From Aplysia californica (taxonomy: Eukaryota): a DNA stretch of 64,000 bases. The stretch is taken from the NCBI RefSeq assembly GCF_000002075.1, contig NW_004797280.1, positions 26,404-90,403 of the forward strand, given 5' to 3'. Both the position numbers and the translations under genes were made by a program. Within the stretch, counting starts at the first letter, position 1. Each line of letters starts with the position of its first letter. The notes beneath the pieces are model-generated. The model had not been told where the DNA came from. It made no database searches and saw only the letters and a program-made list of their open reading frames with translations. Below, piece by piece: positions 53,069 to 62,000 of this stretch.

Positions 53069-56000
53069 CGCACGCGCACATTCAATACATTCTTATAATT
53101 GAGGTTGTTGAGTTCTCGGTTGTTTCAGCTTTTTGGCTGTTCAGTGCATCTGTTTTACACAGTGCCCAATAAAATAGTGAATTTTGAATACTGTTCTGCC
53201 AACTTGCCTAACAATAGTTCCACCATTGCATTTCTTTTGTAATGCGTGCTACAAGGCACTCAGGTGACGGGAACAGACCAAAGGCTGTACTAATTTCAAC
53301 TGACTGCACACTATATTGCACTCTTACCTTGCAGCCTTCTTGCTGAATATTGCAGTAAGGGGGGTGATTTTTGTTGTTGTTTTTTTTTTTTTTTTTATTT
53401 TTCTGAATGATGTACCCGATTAATGTTTCGGGAGTGGTTTAGAGTAGGGCAAATAGTTAGATTTTGAGAATGGGTTTAGCCTACATAATCTCTAGTTTAT
53501 TTGCGCTATTGATTGATTGGCTACTTTCTGAGACAGTAAAAGAAATATTCTTTCGCGTCTGTGATACTAAATAGTCACTACGCCAATATCCATGCAGTTA
53601 CTGTTTAAAGGACAAAACAGATGTTGGAAATATTTTTCCTGTTTATATTGGCTTTATGCTGTCCATGATGTTTTCAAGCACGTGTCGTAAAAGGCTATGT
53701 TCTTTGACGATCCAAATTTCTGACTGTCAGCATGAATCTTTTAACTTTTAGAAAAGTGGTCACATACCTTTAAATTGCAGTAATTATAAACATTTGTTGG
53801 GGGGTGTTGGTTGGAGATGTTGGGTTCATTTTCCAAAATTCAATACATTCTTGTAATGGAGGTTGTTGAGTGCTCAGTGGTTTAGACACAGACTTTTTGT
53901 TTTGTAGGAAAGAAGGAATTTGTATCGTAGCTTGGAAGATGTGATGGGTGTGTTCAGTTCCTTCAATTTTGCTGTTTTATGCCTGCAGGCTTTGTCAACT
54001 GCAAAGTAACTACTGTTTTGCGCCCAGATCATCCTACATTTTTTTGCCCATCGACTTGCACAACTTAGATGCAACCCCCCCCCCAAAGTTTTGTTCTGCC
54101 AGTTCACCTTTTCAGCAGAGTCTCTATGATGCTTACAAGCATATGTCTGAAGATAATTATGAAGACACATTTACTGAGGGACTCGTCATCTTTTTTTTTA
54201 TCTTACTATATTTTGAAAATAATGTAACAGACACATGAAGGAGGTCATGGTTACATTGTCTTTTTAAGGAGGCTCGTGGTATTCTATTTTTTTTTTTTTG
54301 TGTTCTTGAAAACCAATGTAAGTTGCCAATTATTGGAAGAATGCAGCAGCAGGCCATACATGTTGCTGCTCCTGTTGTTTATTGGGTCACGCTGTTTTTC
54401 AGAGACAGGTCTGTAAACCCTGATTTTTGTGTTTTTGTTGCCTGCAGGAGATACAGCCAGCAATCTGGGCAATGCCATGGATGAACTGATGCGGCACCAA
54501 CCGTCCTTGCGCACTGGTGCCACCAAGGCCATCGTCAAGGTGAGTAGTTGTGTGTTGTACTAGACTTTTGGATGTAGTAAATACAGTTGAACCTGTTCAA
54601 AATGACCGTCCATTGTTGAGGAGAAAAGTGGTCATCTTAGACAGGTAGTCCTCTTGGACAGTGTCACTATCAAATACTCTTAGAAAAAAATGCAAGGAGA
54701 GAAGGGGGGGGGGGGGTGGTTCTTTGTACAGGTAATTGTCTTTGGCAGGTGTTCATTATCGCAGGTTCGACTGTAATTGTATCTTTTGTGGGTTCTTAAG
54801 CTCTCCCACATAAGTTGTGGCTTGCTTCCGTATCTGTGTGTAGTATCCTATTTACTATTTTTTTAAAGTCTTTATGCTACCTGCAGGATTTGATTAATTA
54901 AAAGCTTTGTAAGTGTGCTTGCAAAGTTCACCTTTACACAAAAAGTCTCTATGATGCTTACAAGCATATGTCTGAAGATGCGTCTTGTGAAGACACTTTT
55001 ACTGAGGGACTCATTAGATGTCATAATTACTGGCATCAAACAACTTTGTTATAAATGATTTTTAATTCGATTTGATATTTGTTGTTTCATGTGTGCTTGG
55101 ATAGTGCTTTGCTTTTTTAAAATTCTATTTTCTCTGTTCTGGTGCCTACTTACTAACTAGGATACTTGGAATTTTAATGTTTGTTTTCCCATGTATTCTT
55201 GGAGGTGACAAACTGCACTCGCGCAATCTTCAATTTTATCATGAGCAAAATTTGTTATATTATGCATAGCTGATAAGCTTTTCCTGCATTTGATTTTGAT
55301 CTTCTGTACAAAATGTTTCGAGTATTGGATGCTTGGCTTAAGTGTTATTGTTGTTTCTCTAGCTTTTGTCACATTTGTTTTGTCGTGAGTGGTTGGCTGG
55401 TGCTTTAGTGTGGTTTGCTCCTTCTTTCCTGTCAAGCATCTATATTCCTTATCTCTCCTCATTTTCTTTGAACAGTATGTTACTCTTTAGTAATCATTCT
55501 AATCTTTGGCACTTTTATGATCTATTTGTGTTGCAAGTGCCTTAAAAACTCGTACTAAATCTAAAGTGTATTTATTTTCAGCTTCTGGAGGAAATTTGCT
55601 CCATGGGTCAAAACTCGCAGTTCATTTGCCAGAAACAGCAGCCCAAATCTGATGCTGCGTCTGCCCAAGTGACCAATGTGCGGTCGCCTCAGTCGAACGA
55701 GGCTAGCTCCTCGGATGAAGAAGAAGACGAAGAGGTGGAGATGCCTCACATGCCCCGGTCCATCACGGCCTCGGCTCACATCACCTCACAGGGCAACAAG
55801 CCGGCGGCCCCTGCTGCACAGAGTGAACCATTGTAAGGAGCCGTGTATAATAATAATAATAGATAGCATTTGTATAGCGCAAATCCCCGCTCAACAACAG
55901 GCTCTATGCGCTTTACACTATATTATTACCCCAGCAGACCATAGAACACACCGAAACATTCTCAGCTTCCCGGGAAGCATACAGTGCAAGCAGCTGATTA

Positions 56001-59000
56001 AGCGCTCAAACACTCACATACTGACAAGATCTTTCGCTGTCTATAGCCGGGTACCCATTCCCACCTGGGTGAAGTGAGGAAAATTCGTGTAAAGTGCCTT
56101 TCCCAAGGACACAACGTCGGGTCCCTGACGGGATTCGAACCCTCGACCTTACGGTTGCGAGTCCGAGAGCCTAACCACTAGGCCACCGACGCCACTTGAC
56201 GATTTTATTAATTCAGTCATTACTGATTGCAGGAGTAGCTCAGACGTTGGCTGGTGCCCTGGTGTGGTTTTCTCTCCTTTTTTTTCCTGTCAAATATCTA
56301 TTGTCCTTATCTCTCCATCTCCTTTTTTAAATGTTTGTTACTGTCTTGTAATACCTCCTATCTTCATCTCTTATATGACTTAATTGTGTTGTAAGTGCCG
56401 CAGAACTCTTACTATAATGAAAAAAAAAAAAAAAAATTAGGTGTTTTGAACACTTTGCTTAAGTCCAAACTATGGAAGGGGTTGGTGTCAATGAGTTACT
56501 GGCTTTGAGCGTTGAATACAATCTGTTTGCTTCACAGCCCCATTGATAATGAATAGCTGATGGAGTCGGGGGGGCGAGTGGGTCGGCTCTCAGACTCGCC
56601 GTAAGGTTGTGGGTTTGAATCCTGTGATGAGGCCTGGGGTTGTGTCCTTGGGAAAGACATATTACACAAATTATCCTTACTTCACAAAGGTGGAAATGTG
56701 TACCCAGCTATAGGCAGCGAAAGATCTTGTCAGTTTATTATTGTTTGTATGCTTAGCACTCTGCTTCCGGGAAAGCCGAGAATGTTTCTTAGGATTTTTA
56801 GATCTGCTGGACAATTGTAAAATGCATAGAGCATGCTGTAGGGGGGGGGGGGGGGGTATCCTGATACAACTACGATCATATTGTTTGGTTCGTATTTTGT
56901 TTCCCGAAAAAGAACTCACGAATGAGACAGGTTTGATGATGAACTCACTCTAGACAAGCATATGTCTGACATGAAATTGAGTGATGCTTATGTTCTGAAA
57001 GTAAATTTGAAAAAAGGGCATATTCTCTTCGATGTCATTGGATTCAAGTATCATTCTTCCGTAAATTGCTTTTTGGAACTCCTTTATTCATGCTATTCAC
57101 TAAGCGTTCATGCTAATGTAAAGTATTATAGACTTGAAGGTACTAGTGGTTTTGAAAAAAAATTGCTTCTATATCTTTTGAATTTATTTCTTTTTTTCAG
57201 AAACCAAGAAAGACAAGCAATACCTCTGATGGATTATGTATTGAATGTGGTGAGTTTTTTAAATCTGATGTTCTTATATTGATATGTGACTATCTCAGTG
57301 GGACATACAGTAGTTGTTTTTGTTGTTGTTGTTGTTGATCCAGCAACAGTTGGGCTCTCGCCCTTCTATCCACTGCCATGTAGTGATAAGTACAGGTTTG
57401 CTGATATTCTAAAGTGTTTTGTCAGTGTTAGGTCTCAGAGGGAGAAGGGTAGCTCTGATAATCATCCAGAGCTGTGCAGGGGAACAGGTGATGATCCACA
57501 GTCTTGAACGTGTAGTGAGACGAAGGACACATTGGGGGAAGTTCTGGTTTTACTGTTTTATGTACTGATTGTTGAGTAAAAACACGCGCATTAACATTTT
57601 TTTTTCAATTCTGTTTGAGTGGAAGTTATGCTGTATCTGTTTGCAGATGAAGTCTATGAAAGGGAAATTTTTTTAGAATGCATTGTTTTGAACCTTGGGC
57701 AGGTTGTCAGTTCTGTCTCAAGATAAGCCAATGCAAGATTAAATTGACTCTCGAGCCCTTACAAAGTCAGAATGCTTGTTTCTTGGCTTATTGGGCAAGG
57801 AGACTACAGGCAGTTTCAAAGTAAATCGTATGTGGCTTTACTGAGTTTTTTTTCTCTTTTTTCTTGTCCATTTCATTATTTACATTACAAAACCTTTGTC
57901 TTAGACATGTGAGTCTGATTTCAGCCGTAGGGTGTGCACTTAATTGGAATAAGTTGTCTTGAGGTTTGCATAAATGATCTTGAATATATGAGCGCATGTT
58001 TATGTATGTGTGTGTATGAGTAGGTGAGTGTTTCAGTGTAATAGTATGAGATGCTGGAGCAGAATAGAGAAGAAGAAAGTTGGAAACCCCTTACAAAGCA
58101 GTTCTTTGATGTTGTTGTTACAATATGACCAAGGCGACCTTCTTGGTGTGGAATGAATAAATATCGTAGATTCTGCCCAAGACAACCACCCATTGGGGGG
58201 GTGGGGGGTGGTGGAGTGATCCATCTTGGGCAGGATCTCGCTTTCGATAGTGTCCTATAATGATTAAGAACATTTTTTTAAAGTGGGAAGAGGTTTTTTG
58301 TACAGGTGATTCGCTACCTCACAATTACAAAGTTCTATCTGCTTGGTACCTAGTTTTGAGAAATTTGATGTTAAAAATTTTTGAGTTTCACAACGTCATG
58401 CTTTTTCGAATGCGATTCTTTGAATATCTCGATAACAACTCTGATTAATCTTCTGACTTTGACAGAGCATATAGATCATAATTTGGTTTCTGACTTCATG
58501 GTCTTAGTAACTTAATATGGCTAAAAATATCAGATAGAACTTTGTAAGTCTAAGTCCGTGGATTCGCTCGGGACAGGTGGTTGTAAGAGCACAAACGACT
58601 GTATTTTCTTGGGTTTTTCCTCTCAGATGAAATTTGTGGAAGCCATTCTGAGTAACAACTCCACCGACGACCACTGCCGGGAGTTTGTGGCCCACAACGG
58701 GCTGAAGCCCCTGATGAGCATTCTTGGTCTGCCCAACTTGCCCATAGACTTCCCCACCACGCCGGCCTGCCAGGCTGTCTCCAGTGTGTGCAAGTCCATT
58801 CTGGTAGGTTGACTGTTTGTGATATTAGTTTATCATGGTGTTTTTTTGTTTGTGTTTGAGTGCTTAATCGGATGCTTACTTACTCTGTTTGCTTCCAGGG
58901 AAGCTGAGATGGTTTCTGGGTATTCTAGGGTCTGCTGGGGTAGTAGTGTAGTGTAAAGTGGGTAGAGCTTGGTGTTGAGTGGGGATATGCCTTTTACAAA

Positions 59001-62000
59001 TGCTGTTTATTATCGATTATTACATTATACAAATGCTATTTATTTATTATTAATTATTATTTTAGATTTATCATCATGTGTTTCTTTGAAGTCACCGATA
59101 TAGCTTTCTTGGTGATGAATTCAGACTAGACAAGCATATGTCTGAAATCAATATGACTGATTTCTTTGTCCTGAAAGAAAGCGTAGAAAGAAAAAAATAA
59201 ACTGTAGTAAAAAAAAAAAAAGGCTAAAAAATAAATTGTTTAAAATTTAAAAAGTCACTGATTGTTGTTTCAGTTTGTTTAAGTTTTGATTTTGACAAAA
59301 TTGAGTGAAGCTTACGTTCTGAAAGGAAACATTTAATATTTATTTAATGCATTGGATTCTTGTATCATTCTTCTTCAAATGGCTTAAATGATGAAGGCCG
59401 TTTTCAACTTTAATAACCCATCTTTATGTTGGCTTCAAACTTAAAGGGTCATCCTCAACCCGTGTCCCATTTCCTTCCTTTTCATCAAGTTGTTTAAGGC
59501 TTTTTCAGCATATTATTTGGGTGTTTTCCCACATGTCTATAGTGTGAAGGAAATTCTGAACCTCATTGTCTAATACAGTTGGCGGCATTGTCAACTATTG
59601 ATCATCCTGTCCCATAAGTATGTTGTGATACGATCCAGTAAGCAGATTGCACTGCACATTTCGGAAGTTAACAAAATTGAAGAGTTTTTAGGAGGAGTAT
59701 CAATCTTTTCGTGATTTCTGCTTGATTTTCTGTGTTCGTTCTTTTTCCTTTAGTTTTTTCTCCCTCAGTGCTGAATGACTGTCATAGTGTCGTGTGTGCT
59801 TTCCATTAACCTAGTGAAATTATAGGGTTTGGAATTATATTAGAGTTTTTTTTCTTCTTTTCCCTCTCTTTTCAGACTTTGTCTCGAGAGCCGCAGGTGA
59901 TGCGCCAGGGTCTGCTCCAGATGAACGAGGTTCTCCAGCAGCTGGAGCCTCTCCACAGGGCCCCAGAGCCTCCGGGGGGTTCGGTTCTCCTTCACGAGTT
60001 GGCACAGTGCGGGTCCAGTCCCGATGCCACGCTGTCCCCCAGCGCCACGCCCCTGCTCCATGCTCTGGCTGCTGCCCACGCCTACATCATGATGTTTGTG
60101 CACGTCTGCCGCATGGGTCAGGTAGGCTGTTTTGAAAGTTTTGCTTGGGTCACCAGCCTGTGTGTGTTTATGAAAACACTATAGTGGTCTGAAGTCCATG
60201 TTGTGTTTATGCCTCTGTTTAAAACTGAAAATTTGTGATTTGACTCTAATCCAGTTTAGTGTTTTAAAAACGAAAGTTCGACTAATTTGGAAAATAGTTT
60301 TTTTCCATCTATTTGCCCATTAATTGCTTTTTGACTCAGCTGTGCATTTGTGGGTTGGGAGCATCCCTGTTCAATTATTTATTGGTCAATTCCAGTTTTC
60401 TCTGCTCTTTTAAATAACTTTCCTCCCCTTATACTAAATGATTGCTGTGTGGATTCTGTGCACCAACTTGTTTTTAAAGTTAGTTCATCTTTGTGGTGTC
60501 AACTCTAATAGCTGGATTGTAAATGAAACCGTACTGCTTGAGGGTCGTAAGACTTAAAATCTTGATGAGGGTATCCATTTTTGAAGAATGCTCAACGTAA
60601 GATAGTGGCCACACAGAGAGCTGATTCTCAGGCAACTTAAGGACACATCCACCAACCTCTACATTTATAGATGTGTCTGGCTAAAGTGATGCCTTATGAA
60701 GAATGAAGAGGTAGCATTTTTTAACATTTGTATTGATGATGGTAAGGGTCGAGGTAGAAAGTTTAATGGATATTTTTGTGTTTTAACTGGGTCTGGGTTT
60801 TAGTGATGACACCACACTGATACCCTTTGGTGATGAGTTATGTGTTGGAAATGAAAGACTTCTACCCAAACTGACAAACAGTTTATATTACAGGCTGACA
60901 TCCGCACCATCTCCGTCAACAACTGGGGTTCCGACCTGGGTCTGTCGGTGCTCAAGGGGCTGAGCTCCCTCTACAATTCTCTAGTCTGGGAAAGCACTGT
61001 GCTCCTGGCCCTGTGTAATGAGGACTACCTGCCCGCCGACTGCCCGTTTGGCCGGGCAGACCTGGAGAAGCTGTTGAGCAAAGATGCCAAAGAGAAGAGT
61101 GAGGCCGGGGAAGGCGAGTGTTCTGCGGACAGTAAGATGACCAGCACCACCCCCGCCACAGCGGACGGGAGACCTGCAGAGACGGGACAGCCGCAGCAGC
61201 AGTCCGCGGGAACTTCGGGTCTGCCCAGGGGCTCTGGTGAGACTGGTAGTAACGGCGTGAGCGTTGCCATGGAGACGTTGACCACCGGTGAGGAGGGTAT
61301 GGACACTTCGGAGCCTGCAGCGGCGGCAGCCCCTGGAGCAGTAGGAAGCTCGGCCGCGGACCAGCCGCATCAGCCCGGCACTGCCTCTGGGAGTGAGGGC
61401 GCCGCCGCTCGGTCTCTGAACCTGCCGGCCGAGGTGAGCAGCTCGACGTCGTCCACTTCGCTGGAGCTGGACATGCTGCCGGGCCCCGCTGGTCTGTCGG
61501 AGGACAAGGACGCCGCCAAGCGGAAGGTGTCGCTGGCCATGCAGGCCCAGCTGAGGCAACTCAAGCCTCTGCTCACCCTCTCCTCCCGCCTGGGCCGCGC
61601 CCTCTCTGAGCTGTTTGTGCTGCTGGTCAAGCTGTGCGTCGGCTCGCCTGTCCGACAGCGCCGTTCGCAGCAGCCGCCGCCCACACCCCCTGTACCGTCC
61701 CCTGCCGCTAGGGCTGTGGCTCTTGCCCTCACCAAACTCTTGTCGGGGGGTTTGTCTTTCCAGCCACCTCCATGTGCTCCTCAGCCCAAGCTGCGGTGAG
61801 ATTCTAGAATTTCTAGTCACTGTTTGTTTGCTGTTTTTGGAAATAGTTGTATATTGTCACTAAACAAATAGCCCCCAAAATATTTATTATATCTTCATTA
61901 CCAGTACTTTTGTGAAGGTTCCTGCTCTGATAGGTTTTCCTGCTCTGGACCCAACTTTGTTTTTGTACATGGTCAGTAACCTCTAGGGAGTTGCTATCAT

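Noticed and set aside
43646-53733. Regularly spaced repeats as a CRISPR array
   Set aside because: Eukaryotic introns, roughly 70-nt repeats with C/D boxes, 400-700-bp mutually homologous spacers and no cas genes.
60981-61820. 279-aa minus-strand ORF
   Set aside because: Antisense shadow of GC-rich HUWE1 exon 26.
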